64,000 nt of DNA from a virus. Its lineage: Duplodnaviria; Caudoviricetes. The translations under genes were made by a program, and so were the position numbers. This document shows, piece by piece, positions 20,383 to 28,877 of this stretch; positions within the stretch are counted from its first letter, which is position 1; each line of letters starts with the position of its first letter. Under the pieces are notes generated by a model. The model was given only the letters and a program-made list of their open reading frames with translations. It had not been told where the DNA came from and searched no databases. The stretch is taken from the IMG/VR virus record IMGVR_UViG_3300025098_005131; one strand, 5' to 3'.

Positions 20383-20628
20383 CTATTCTTTTAAATTTTC
20401 TAATCTTAGTTTCCACTTCACCTCTTCACAATCTCTCGCCCAAGCAATATCCGTAGGCACTTCGCGACATCCCCCCCATGTCTCAACGCCTGTTCCAGTA
20501 CAGGCACGCACTCTCACTTTTATTGAGTCGCACACCTTCTTTTCACCCAAACTATCAAAACCTTCGTTGTCATGATAATCACTGCAGCATAACGTAAAAA
20601 ACAAAAAACAATAAGCAATCCGACTCAT
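20383..20628 (-). CDS. Small Cys-patterned lipoprotein (paralog of 19313-19555)
   Basis: FFTLCC signal end; CDSIKVRVRACTG...C...C. Confidence 0.55.
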   Translation of the reverse strand: MSRIAYCFLFFTLCCSDYHDNEGFDSLGEKKVCDSIKVRVRACTGTGVETWGGCREVPTDIAWARDCEEVKWKLRLENLKE

Positions 20629-20766
20629 AATAAATGCCCTTTCAAATAAGTCAAATCTACCTATTAATCAGCCTCCAAAAATACTCCTAAATTTCAAATA
20701 ATTTATTGCATTTGAAAAAGTCCATCGCATTGTATAAAGCATAACTTTTTCAAGACTTTGCTCAAA

Positions 20767-21549
20767 TTATAAATCTATTTCAATTAAGTTTTCATCTAAG
20801 GTTTCTATATAATTAAGCACCTCAGGTTCTAACTTATAATAAGCATACGCTAAAGGGCTTTCAAAATTTTTCCAGTCACCATCAACAAAATTACCTTTTT
20901 CAGCTGAATTTAAAATAGCTGAATATTGGTATATGTCATCTGTCGGATCATCTTCTGTGTATTTTTTTGTTTGCTTGAATCTTTCCTGTTCCTCATCAGA
21001 CATATCTGAAAAAGGTGCATCATACATTACATCATCCCAAGACTCATCAGAAAAATCCATCTTAACAGCTTCAAGATTAAATTCAGACTTAGCTCTTCTA
21101 AGATAGCGATCCCAAACACGTTCAGCTTCCTCAGATACTTCACTTCTATCACTCATTAATGCACCATCCAAGTTACAGCTAACAATCTCTAATCCTATCT
21201 CATAAAGCAAAGGACCAAATCCTCCTCCTACATCTGAATATTTTATTACGTAAGGATCACGCTCGCCATTAACTTTTACATTTCTATCTACTGTTCCAAG
21301 ATGATTAAGCCATGCTTTTTGATAAAATACACCATTCATTCTTAAAACTGAATAGTTTAATAAATTAACTTCTAATACAGTGCCATTTAGTCTCGCCCTA
21401 ATCTTGATATCTTTTCCAGTCTCTTCACGTAAAGCAACTATTCTATCAACAAATGACTTAATCTTCGTTACACCACTTATATCAGATGCAATTTCGTTTA
21501 AATAACCCTTCCATCCTTCAACCAATAATTTATATTCTTTACGATTCAT
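20767..21549 (-). CDS. Leader-family protein with GNAT-like segment
   Basis: MNRKEYKLLVEGWKGYLNE; GGGFGPLLYEIGLE...SDRSEVSEEAERVW. Confidence 0.6.
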   Translation of the reverse strand: MNRKEYKLLVEGWKGYLNEIASDISGVTKIKSFVDRIVALREETGKDIKIRARLNGTVLEVNLLNYSVLRMNGVFYQKAWLNHLGTVDRNVKVNGERDPYVIKYSDVGGGFGPLLYEIGLEIVSCNLDGALMSDRSEVSEEAERVWDRYLRRAKSEFNLEAVKMDFSDESWDDVMYDAPFSDMSDEEQERFKQTKKYTEDDPTDDIYQYSAILNSAEKGNFVDGDWKNFESPLAYAYYKLEPEVLNYIETLDENLIEIDL

Positions 21550-21621
21550 ATTTCAATCCCAGTTTAATCTTATACATACACTTGATAATATATATATTTC
21601 TGCGTACAATATTAACTCAGA

Positions 21622-21656
21622 ATAAACGTCGTGACTCTAGAGCTACCTAGCTCGAT
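21622..21656. repeat. 35-bp intergenic repeat, copy 1
   Basis: ATAAACGTCGTGACTCTAGAG-N6-AGCTCGAT; fixed positions identical to 22949-22983. Confidence 0.85.
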
Positions 21657-22390
21657 TAATTGTTTTTATGCAAAGATCTGAAATGACCTATAGCGTTTTT
21701 GCTCACAGGTACGTCAATTACTTCATCAAACTCTTTTTCTAGTGGGCCTTGATAGTTTGAGGTCATTCTGTCATAAGCAGCATCAGGAATAGTTTTAGAT
21801 TTACCTTGTTCTTGATACTTTTTACTTCTATCTTTAGAAATTGATTTTAAATCATCTAAATAAGAAATACCGTCTTCTTCCCAATGAAAAACAACACCTA
21901 CTGTCTTGTAATTAGAAAGATCTAATTGATCTTTTATTCTACTTCTACTAGCTTGATTCATATTAGTCATGTCAATTACAACATCACGACCAGAAGATTT
22001 TGCGTTTTCTATGTTTCTTTCGTGATTTTCTAAAACTTCTAATTCAGCATTATTAATTTTTTCCCATGCTTTCGGTACCCAAGTTTTCCAACTTATTTGT
22101 TGATCAATAATTGGACCAAACTCGGGATGAACTACATCTTTTTCTATTTCTTCTTTTGTAGGTGACAAAAACATATCATCATAAGTCAATCCATACTTTT
22201 TTGAAACAGCTTCATTTTCGACATCTAGACTTATTATATAAGGATTATCTAAATTGTTCTCAACCCAAAAACTCTTACCTATTGCTGGCGGTCCGATCAA
22301 AAAAAACAAACTATTATTTTGACTTGATCCTTCTTTTAAAAATAATCGCCAACTTTCAACTAATAAATTATATTCTTTTTTATTCATCAT
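21656..22390 (-). CDS. P-loop kinase (AAA_33 / polynucleotide-kinase-like) with leader
   Basis: MMNKKEYNLLVESWRLFLKE; LIGPPAIGKS; VVIDMTN; KTIPDAAYDRM. Confidence 0.75.
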   Translation of the reverse strand: MMNKKEYNLLVESWRLFLKEGSSQNNSLFFLIGPPAIGKSFWVENNLDNPYIISLDVENEAVSKKYGLTYDDMFLSPTKEEIEKDVVHPEFGPIIDQQISWKTWVPKAWEKINNAELEVLENHERNIENAKSSGRDVVIDMTNMNQASRSRIKDQLDLSNYKTVGVVFHWEEDGISYLDDLKSISKDRSKKYQEQGKSKTIPDAAYDRMTSNYQGPLEKEFDEVIDVPVSKNAIGHFRSLHKNN

Positions 22391-22446
22391 CTAATATTTC
22401 TTTCATTAATGTTACTATTTATCATGCAAATATTAAATATATTTTA

Positions 22447-22875
22447 TTATTTAAGACAACAAGCCCAAGTCTCCATATACAACACAACATCTTCTCGACG
22501 ACGATGATCTAAATTTCGGCGCCTTTCGATAGGAATTCGCTTCAACACTTTAGGATCACTCAATCGCTCAAGATCTCTTAACTCTTGCAAAGTTGCACCC
22601 AAATCCAACAAAGCGCTAATCACAAAATCCAAAGGATAACCACTCGTCGGACAATACTCTCTTGTCTGCTCAGCCCAATCGCCCGCCCTCTGCAGAGCAA
22701 TCTTGTGCAACACTTCAGGCGAATTAAATGTCACAGTCTGTGCTAAATGCCCACAATTACATGCTCCCATATGCGTCCACTTATAACGACTCCCAGAAGC
22801 AATACGCTTTGCTGTTACTCTCAACGCTTCACCTAAAGTTCTAGGCACTTGAGGCACATATCTAATCTGTGTCAT
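22447..22875 (-). CDS. Conserved-looking bacterial-type hypothetical protein
   Basis: YKWTHMGACNCGHLAQT...YCPTSGYPLD...LERLSDP. Confidence 0.65.
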   Translation of the reverse strand: MTQIRYVPQVPRTLGEALRVTAKRIASGSRYKWTHMGACNCGHLAQTVTFNSPEVLHKIALQRAGDWAEQTREYCPTSGYPLDFVISALLDLGATLQELRDLERLSDPKVLKRIPIERRRNLDHRRREDVVLYMETWACCLK

Positions 22876-22948
22876 ATATAAATCCTTGTCTATTCTTTCT
22901 ACATTATCATATATGTTTAAACAAATCAGTTAAAAAGATTTAACACAT

Positions 22949-22983
22949 ATAAACGTCGTGACTCTAGAGATTCCCAGCTCGAT
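22949..22983. repeat. 35-bp intergenic repeat, copy 2
   Basis: ATAAACGTCGTGACTCTAGAG-N6-AGCTCGAT. Confidence 0.85.
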
Positions 22984-23435
22984 CAAATCTTGTCACCCCA
23001 AATATTTTTTAAACCTTTACCAACAAGACGCGCTTCAAGATCTTTTCTTTCTCTGTTTTTAATATCACGATGCAAGCCTCTAGACGACTGCGTACGCAAT
23101 CCTAAGTCTTCTAAGTAAGCAACAACAGCCTTTACACAAACACCAATCGGCATATAAGACACAGAATCAGTATGCTCTTCCCATAACTCTTCCAAAAGAT
23201 TTCGACCCGACTCAGTCATCGTAAAGTCAACTTCCTCATTATTTATCTTCATTCTAAATCTACTTCTAGAATATTCAAAACTATAAAATTGATCATCATT
23301 TACAAAAAATACAGCGCTAACACCTTCAGCAATTTTCTTGAAAAACAATTCTTTGTCTACGGTTCGACTTGAATCAGAAACTTCACTTATCACTTGTCGA
23401 ATCAACCTTCTCAATCTATGTTCAGATATACGCAT
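22983..23435 (-). CDS. Leader-family hypothetical protein
   Basis: MRISEHRLRRLIRQVISE N-terminus. Confidence 0.65.
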   Translation of the reverse strand: MRISEHRLRRLIRQVISEVSDSSRTVDKELFFKKIAEGVSAVFFVNDDQFYSFEYSRSRFRMKINNEEVDFTMTESGRNLLEELWEEHTDSVSYMPIGVCVKAVVAYLEDLGLRTQSSRGLHRDIKNRERKDLEARLVGKGLKNIWGDKI

Positions 23436-23492
23436 ACGTTTAATCTCCCTCTACAACAAACATTATATAACTCTACTTATCAGTTTATAAAC

Positions 23493-23527
23493 AAAAAGTT
23501 TTCCAAAATTTCTCTCGAAGTTTTTTG
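23493..23527. repeat. A/T-tract repeat around TTTCTCTCGAAG, copy 1
   Basis: AAAAAGTTTTCCAAAATTTCTCTCGAAGTTTTTTG; compare 24111-24146. Confidence 0.75.
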
Positions 23528-23573
23528 CTAAAAAACTGAAATTACTATTCCAAGTAAGTGCCGTAAAAATTTT

Positions 23574-24077
23574 CTACGTCTGTGACTCACGAGACGCCCT
23601 GCTCCACACAGTCGCTTCCCAAACATCACTATCATCAACATACTTTTTCCTAGTATCTTTAAATCCAGCATTACTAAACGCTCTCTGCGAAGAAATATTG
23701 TCCACACCAATAAGCAAATCAGAAGCTTCTCTACCCTCAAAAAACTTCGATATCGCTATACTTCCAATTCCCTTAACTCTCTCTCTTACTTCATTATCAA
23801 TATATATTGCTCCAACTCTCCAACCACCTTTCTCTTCTCTCGGCGTCATAAACCCAACCAATTCACCTCGCCAATATATACCACCTCTCAAACGACTACC
23901 ACCATCAGGATAAACAAAACCACTTATCTCACTATCAGCGTCTCCCTTCAATAACAAATCTCTATTAATACTATCAGGAAATATAACTTCAACTTCACTC
24001 TCAATAGCTACTTCTCGCGACTCATTTAAAAAAACTTTCCACTCGCTTAATAACAAAGACATGTCTTTTCTAATCAT
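23574..24077 (-). CDS. GNAT acetyltransferase with leader
   Basis: MSLLLSEWKVFLNE; VGAIYID...KGIGSIAI...NISSQRAFSNAGF. Confidence 0.75.
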   Translation of the reverse strand: MIRKDMSLLLSEWKVFLNESREVAIESEVEVIFPDSINRDLLLKGDADSEISGFVYPDGGSRLRGGIYWRGELVGFMTPREEKGGWRVGAIYIDNEVRERVKGIGSIAISKFFEGREASDLLIGVDNISSQRAFSNAGFKDTRKKYVDDSDVWEATVWSRASRESQT

Positions 24078-24110
24078 ACTGAAAACCTTTAACTTTATAT
24101 TCGAATTATT

Positions 24111-24146
24111 AAAAAGTTTTTTGAAATTTCTCTCGAAGTTTTTTTG
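24111..24146. repeat. A/T-tract repeat around TTTCTCTCGAAG, copy 2
   Basis: AAAAAGTTTTTTGAAATTTCTCTCGAAGTTTTTTTG. Confidence 0.75.
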
Positions 24147-24220
24147 TGGAAAACGATGTATTCAGATGTGATCCCTAAAAGCTTTTTGAAAAAGTCCCGC
24201 GAAGAAAATTCGGGTAGACG

Positions 24221-24320
24221 ACCAGGCCCAGCCCCCGTGTAAGTCCCACAGAGTTAGTGCAGATAGGCCTCGCATGGCCCCCTAGAAAGGCCCCTTAGGG
24301 CCCCGGGGCTTTTGGGCCTT
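24221..24320. other. GC-rich palindromic junction with six GGCC motifs at the transcription divergence point
   Basis: GGCC at 24225, 24266, 24276, 24289, 24299 and 24315; perfect palindrome GCCCCGGGGC at 24300-24309. Confidence 0.7.
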
Positions 24321-24353
24321 CGTCGTGTAACTCTAGAAGAGTAAGGATATAAT

Positions 24354-24527
24354 AAACCATAAGGAGGGATAGGAACGGCGGTTCCTAAGGACGAAGAGGA
24401 CGGGATGGCAACCGGCTTCGGGATTCCAACTCCAGATATTTGAAAACTAGGTAACTCCAGCTGATGAAGCGGTCAAGATACACGAGGACTGCGATGTGAG
24501 ATGACTCAGCTGAAAAGGACGTAAAAC
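24354..24527 (+). ncRNA. Candidate structured small RNA under the first promoter
   Basis: No convincing ORF. Stems GGAAC/GTTCC and CAGCTGA (24458)/TCAGCTG (24506), enclosing GTCA/TGAC and CAC/GTG. Confidence 0.35.
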
Positions 24528-24601
24528 GTGTAAAACTAGATTCCTTAGTCTATAATACAGATGTAAGGACAAACGATCAATCATTTAATCAAGGAGGTCT
24601 C

Positions 24602-24670
24602 ATGGAGGCTTATATGATTCCCGACGTAATAACCTTTCTTTCTCTTGCGGCATTTGTCTGGTGGTTGTAA
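24602..24670 (+). CDS. 22-aa membrane micro-peptide
   Basis: MEAYMIPDVITFLSLAAFVWWL*; own promoter (24528) and AAGGAGG SD. Confidence 0.7.
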   Translation: MEAYMIPDVITFLSLAAFVWWL

Positions 24671-24741
24671 CCACTCACCTCGTCAACTCGAAACGTGTAA
24701 CTCATCTAAAGTAAAGATATAATAAACCATAAGGAGGACAA

Positions 24742-24819
24742 ATGATCTACAGCTTAATCCCACTCATTCTTGGCTCAGCATTCTTGGCGATTCCCTTCGC
24801 GATCTGGTATTACAATTAA
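24742..24819 (+). CDS. 25-aa membrane micro-peptide
   Basis: MIYSLIPLILGSAFLAIPFAIWYYN*; own promoter (24695) and AAGGAGG SD. Confidence 0.7.
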   Translation: MIYSLIPLILGSAFLAIPFAIWYYN

Positions 24820-24878
24820 TAAGGAACCAAACTCAGCTCAACCCGTGTAACTAATAAAACAAAGGATTATAATAAACC

Positions 24879-25565
24879 ATGGAAAACATTCAATCAAACA
24901 TTCAAGGAGACAACATGGAAACAACAACAATACAACAACTATTTCAGGAGTTCATTAACGATGGTGGTGAACCTAAAGTGACTTCATTCAAGAGACATCT
25001 TGATAAGTTGATTAATCAAGAGATTAAAGGTCTTTGTGGTCGCTCGGCGAAGGCTGGTCTCGTCGACGATTGGCGTAGCGAGGTGAAGGCCCGTTTCTCA
25101 GGTCGTGGGGCGAAGTGGGTTAAGGTATCTGTTAATGATATCCTTCCGACTCTCGAAGGATTTGATGATACAACTGAATATATGGGATGGGTTCAGACAG
25201 CGGGATTTGCGTGGATTCGTTTCGCTGGACCTCGCGTCGCGAATGGAAGTCATTGTGCGGCCTTTGAGGTTCGAACTGGTGGATCGACGATTGATCATCC
25301 TAAACAGCTTCACTACATTCCCGCTCAGTTGCTTGACGACAAGATCGAGCCTCTCAATTCGACTCCCCACGCGATGAAGCTTGAAGAGGTCGCGACGACT
25401 CCCGTAGTGGAGGAGCCTGAAGTAGAGGAAGAGGTTATCGAGCTTAGCGGTTACGAGTTAAACCCGGACGACGACGGCGGTTCAGCTTGGGCTGAAGATG
25501 ATGACGAGGACATGATGGGTGACATTGAGGACCTCATGGACGACGAGGACAACTTAGACTTCTAA
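24879..25565 (+). CDS. Unknown 'GRGAKW' family, paralog A, acidic tail
   Basis: RFSGRGAKWVKV, GFAWIRF and FEVRTGGSTIDHPKQLH. Likely start 24915 (AAGGAG SD). Confidence 0.85.
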   Translation: MENIQSNIQGDNMETTTIQQLFQEFINDGGEPKVTSFKRHLDKLINQEIKGLCGRSAKAGLVDDWRSEVKARFSGRGAKWVKVSVNDILPTLEGFDDTTEYMGWVQTAGFAWIRFAGPRVANGSHCAAFEVRTGGSTIDHPKQLHYIPAQLLDDKIEPLNSTPHAMKLEEVATTPVVEEPEVEEEVIELSGYELNPDDDGGSAWAEDDDEDMMGDIEDLMDDEDNLDF

Positions 25566-25695
25566 GGTGTTTTGGGTGGTGGTGGCTTCGTGGCGTCGTC
25601 TCGCTTCGTGTAAATAATAATACCTTAGGTTATAATATGACCATAAGGACAAACAAACTAAACAAACAACAACAACAACGTGAAAGGACTTCTAT

Positions 25696-26037
25696 TTGAG
25701 AAGTAACAGCACATTCCTTACCCTCATCGCTTCCTTTTGTCTCTCAGCAGTTGCTTACAACGTCGCTCAGCCGGTTGAGGTTCCTGTTCAACATCTTGAG
25801 TTTGATGACTATGTGATTCAACCTCGCGTCGAGACATATGTGTTTGATGACTATGTGATTCAATCTTCAGCTGAAGTTATTGACATGGACGAGGTGATCA
25901 TCATTTCGCAGGAGGACGAATCAGATGACGGTGACGGTGCAAACATTGACATGATGAATGCTAACTGGTGTCTCATCCACCCTGACGACGTGATCTGTCA
26001 AGATGCAGACGAGGAGGACGAAGTAGAAGGTTGCTAA
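25696..26037 (+). CDS. Acidic secreted/membrane-anchored protein
   Basis: Signal-like N-terminus; internal repeat FDDYVIQ x2; own promoter. Confidence 0.65.
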   Translation: MRSNSTFLTLIASFCLSAVAYNVAQPVEVPVQHLEFDDYVIQPRVETYVFDDYVIQSSAEVIDMDEVIIISQEDESDDGDGANIDMMNANWCLIHPDDVICQDADEEDEVEGC

Positions 26038-26149
26038 GACTCAGGGTGTCTACCCCTCGATGCGTCGTCTCTTAACGTGTAACTCTTTAAGAGATTAAGT
26101 ATAATATAACATAAGGTTTAACAAACAACAACGTGACGAAAGGTTCAAT

Positions 26150-26395
26150 ATGATCTTCATAACAGTTAATCAACGAGGTTACTCTGACTCTGAACTTTAT
26201 GGTCCATTCACTTCAGTTGACGAAGGGAAACGAAAGGTGACTGATGGTGTTGATCGAGGACATGATGGTGATGAGACCAAGTATACATTCTTCGAGATGA
26301 CAACTGACGGGATGAAGGAGATTGGTTACGTTCATCTTGACGATGAGTGTGAAGGTGACGAGGATAATCTAAGAAGTGAAGTGTTTTACAACTAG
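26150..26395 (+). CDS. Acidic hypothetical protein
   Basis: ORF track; promoter 26077 and AAAGG SD. Confidence 0.7.
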   Translation: MIFITVNQRGYSDSELYGPFTSVDEGKRKVTDGVDRGHDGDETKYTFFEMTTDGMKEIGYVHLDDECEGDEDNLRSEVFYN

Positions 26396-26460
26396 GATGT
26401 AACGACGTTAACGTGTAAGACGACGAAAGACAATGTATAATAAAACATAAGGAGGAACAA

Positions 26461-26652
26461 ATGACAGTTCAACAGCTAATCGAAAAGCTACAATCTTTAG
26501 ATCCTCACAACGAGGTGGTTATTGAGGTGAATCATGATGACATCGTTCTTCTGAAAGAAGACAGGATTGTTGAGGACGTTATTACACAGGATTATCGTCT
26601 CGCGACGCAAGAAGACGTAGAAACACGAAAGGTTATAACACTAAGAGTATGA
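26461..26652 (+). CDS. Small hypothetical protein (MTVQQLIEKLQ type)
   Basis: Promoter 26413; AAGGAGG SD. Confidence 0.75.
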   Translation: MTVQQLIEKLQSLDPHNEVVIEVNHDDIVLLKEDRIVEDVITQDYRLATQEDVETRKVITLRV

Positions 26653-26747
26653 TTACTTTTACTGAATCTGCGGCAAATGGTGGGCTTCTCTTCGCAAGTT
26701 TCTTTATGGCGACACTTCTATACGCCTACATTACAGATGCACTTTAA
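26649..26747 (+). CDS. 32-aa membrane micro-peptide
   Basis: MITFTESAANGGLLFASFFMATLLYAYITDAL*; ATGA overlap with the upstream gene. Confidence 0.55.
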   Translation: MITFTESAANGGLLFASFFMATLLYAYITDAL

Positions 26748-26756
26748 GGATAAACT

Positions 26757-26813
26757 ATGACTTTAATCTATATGCTACTACTACTTTTCATCATCACTCA
26801 ATTCAACAAATAA
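26757..26813 (+). CDS. 18-aa hydrophobic micro-peptide
   Basis: MTLIYMLLLLFIITQFNK*; AAGGA SD. Confidence 0.5.
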   Translation: MTLIYMLLLLFIITQFNK

Positions 26814-26824
26814 GGAGCAATCAC

Positions 26825-27058
26825 ATGGACATCGAAGTTATTCAAAATCACAGACGTCGCGCTGAACTCATCATTGACAATACACTACTTGCTAACGGCG
26901 TACAACCAACCGCATCGCTCATCGAGGAGTTTCTTTCTTTCTACGACTACAACGGATTAGCTGCAACAATCAACAATATCTACAGCTACTCAAAAACAGT
27001 TCTTCATTCACGTCACGAACAACCTTACTTCCAACTAAACTTAGTGACTCACCGTTAG
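26825..27058 (+). CDS. Hypothetical protein
   Basis: ORF track; AAGGAG SD. Confidence 0.7.
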   Translation: MDIEVIQNHRRRAELIIDNTLLANGVQPTASLIEEFLSFYDYNGLAATINNIYSYSKTVLHSRHEQPYFQLNLVTHR

Positions 27059-27163
27059 GACCCTTGGTGGCGTCGTCCCTCATCGTGTAACTTTCAAATA
27101 AGCTTAGTATAATATATCATAAGGCAACAAACAATCAATCAACCCAAACAAAGGATAATCAAT

Positions 27164-27373
27164 ATGATTAAAACTAAAAAAGTTAGAAGAAGAATAACAG
27201 ACAAACCAAGCACTTTAATCTGGAGTGAGGCAAACAAAAACGGCGGATATACTATCTTCCACGGCGTGAAGGGAACTGATACTAAAACTATCGTTGGCGG
27301 TGCAGCTTCTCGTGATTCTCTTGAATACAACATTCGTAAAGCTAAGCACAAGTACGGCTACAAACTAAGCTAA
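27164..27373 (+). CDS. Basic hypothetical protein
   Basis: Promoter 27085; AAAGGA SD. Confidence 0.7.
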   Translation: MIKTKKVRRRITDKPSTLIWSEANKNGGYTIFHGVKGTDTKTIVGGAASRDSLEYNIRKAKHKYGYKLS

Positions 27374-27482
27374 TGACTCGGGGTTACCACCCTGCATGGC
27401 GTCGTCTCTCCTCGTGTAAGATTTAAATAATCTTGGTATAATAAACCATAAGGCAACATCAACTAAATAAAGGATTTGATCT

Positions 27483-27635
27483 TGAAATACAATAAGATTC
27501 GAAAACAAATCAAAAATCTTTCAAACCGAGCAATGCATGAGGAGAACTTGACAAACTACAAAAAGGCTGATGAGCTTCGCAATCAGGCTTACTTCTTATC
27601 TCAGGTCTTGGAAAACAAATCAAGAGGGTTTTAAC
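27483..27635 (+). CDS. 50-aa hypothetical protein (TTG start, not in ORF track)
   Basis: MKYNKIRKQIKNLSNRAMHEENL...; follows promoter 27414 and AAAGGA. Confidence 0.5.
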
Positions 27636-27723
27636 TCCAAACGTGTAAGTCTCAAATAATCAAGTTATAATAAAACATAATCCAAACAAACAAACAATCA
27701 TTCAATCCAAAAGGATAACAAAT

Positions 27724-28386
27724 ATGGAAAACTCAAACAATCAATCAATCAACTCAAACGAGGTTCCTATGTCAGACATTCAATCAATCTTCCAAGCTTT
27801 CGTCGAGTCCGGTGGCGAACCAAAGGTTACAAGTTTCAAACGTCACCTTGATAAACTTATCAATCAAGAGATTAAGGCTCTTTGTGGTCGCTCATCCAAA
27901 ACAGGCGGCGATGATTGGAGAAGTGAACTCAAATCTAAGTTCGGAGGCCGAGGAGCGAAATGGGTCTTTGTCAGCCTTGAAAACATTAAACCTACTCTTG
28001 ATCGCCTCGCAACTGAAGGTATCGATATCGAAGATTATAATAAGTTTACTCAAGCTCACGGCCAAGCTTGGATTCGATTCAGCGGTCCTCGAATTGATAA
28101 TGGAGTTCAATCGGCAGCTTTCGAAGTTCGAACTGATGGGTCAACTATCGATCATCCAAAACAACTTCACTATGTCCCTGTAAGCGAGTTAGATGAGACC
28201 ATTACATTCATGAACACAACTCCGCACTCAATGAGAGTTGAAGAAGTTGCGAAGCCTCAAGAAGTAGAGGAAGAGGTCGAGGTTAAGCTCAGCGAAACTG
28301 AAGAGACTCCAGTAGTTGAAGAAGATTACGTTGATGTAATGGATGATATCGATGAGCTCATGGACTTCGAAGAGATGGACCTCTAA
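27724..28386 (+). CDS. Unknown 'GRGAKW' family, paralog B, acidic tail
   Basis: GGEPKVTSFKRHLDKLINQEIK shared with paralog A; KFGGRGAKWVFV; FEVRTDGSTIDHPKQLH. Confidence 0.85.
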   Translation: MENSNNQSINSNEVPMSDIQSIFQAFVESGGEPKVTSFKRHLDKLINQEIKALCGRSSKTGGDDWRSELKSKFGGRGAKWVFVSLENIKPTLDRLATEGIDIEDYNKFTQAHGQAWIRFSGPRIDNGVQSAAFEVRTDGSTIDHPKQLHYVPVSELDETITFMNTTPHSMRVEEVAKPQEVEEEVEVKLSETEETPVVEEDYVDVMDDIDELMDFEEMDL

Positions 28387-28513
28387 GGTTTAGGTCGATA
28401 TTGATTCGGCGTTGCCACCCTTGGTAGCGTCGTCCCGGGACGTGTAACTTTTACATACCTTAGATATAATATATCATAAGGCAAAACAATCAATCAATCA
28501 ACGAGGAGACAAT

Positions 28514-28807
28514 ATGTCTGTAACAAACAAAATAAAAGTGCAATGGGAGTTTGACATCGAGACCAATGAAGAGTTGCAGTCGCGACTAGGTCTTACTGAA
28601 GGTGATGTTGCTGAGATGCTTAGCGACGAGGATGATGCAGTAAAGCTTCACGATCTATGTTGTGATGAAATGGGTGTTCCTCGCTACGTGGACATGGATC
28701 TTTTCTTCGACAACCCGCACGCAGCAAGTGACGACCAGATTACAGACGCACTAAGCGACGAACACGGATGGCTAATCAATGAATGGCACTACGTGCAAAA
28801 ACGTTAA
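28514..28807 (+). CDS. Acidic hypothetical protein (similar to 61217-61429)
   Basis: KIKVQWEFD...DQITDALSDEHGWLI. Confidence 0.7.
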   Translation: MSVTNKIKVQWEFDIETNEELQSRLGLTEGDVAEMLSDEDDAVKLHDLCCDEMGVPRYVDMDLFFDNPHAASDDQITDALSDEHGWLINEWHYVQKR

Positions 28808-28877
28808 TCCACGTTGTATAATATATCATAATCCAAACAATAACATTCAATCAATCTTTTAATCAATCAGGAGCTTA

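Noticed and set aside
1646-23913. Short opposite-strand track ORFs in the left arm (e.g. 1646, 3451, 4569, 5122, 6948, 7800, 7928, 8158, 11855, 13629, 14591, 17053, 17450, 20078, 20294, 22162, 23528, 23698)
   Set aside because: They overlap longer genes with recognisable motifs, lack SD sites and have no protein-like features.
24455-24520. Hammerhead ribozyme (CTGATGA...GAAA)
   Set aside because: Core words are present, but I could not find stems I and III or an NUH cleavage site; kept only as a generic sRNA candidate.
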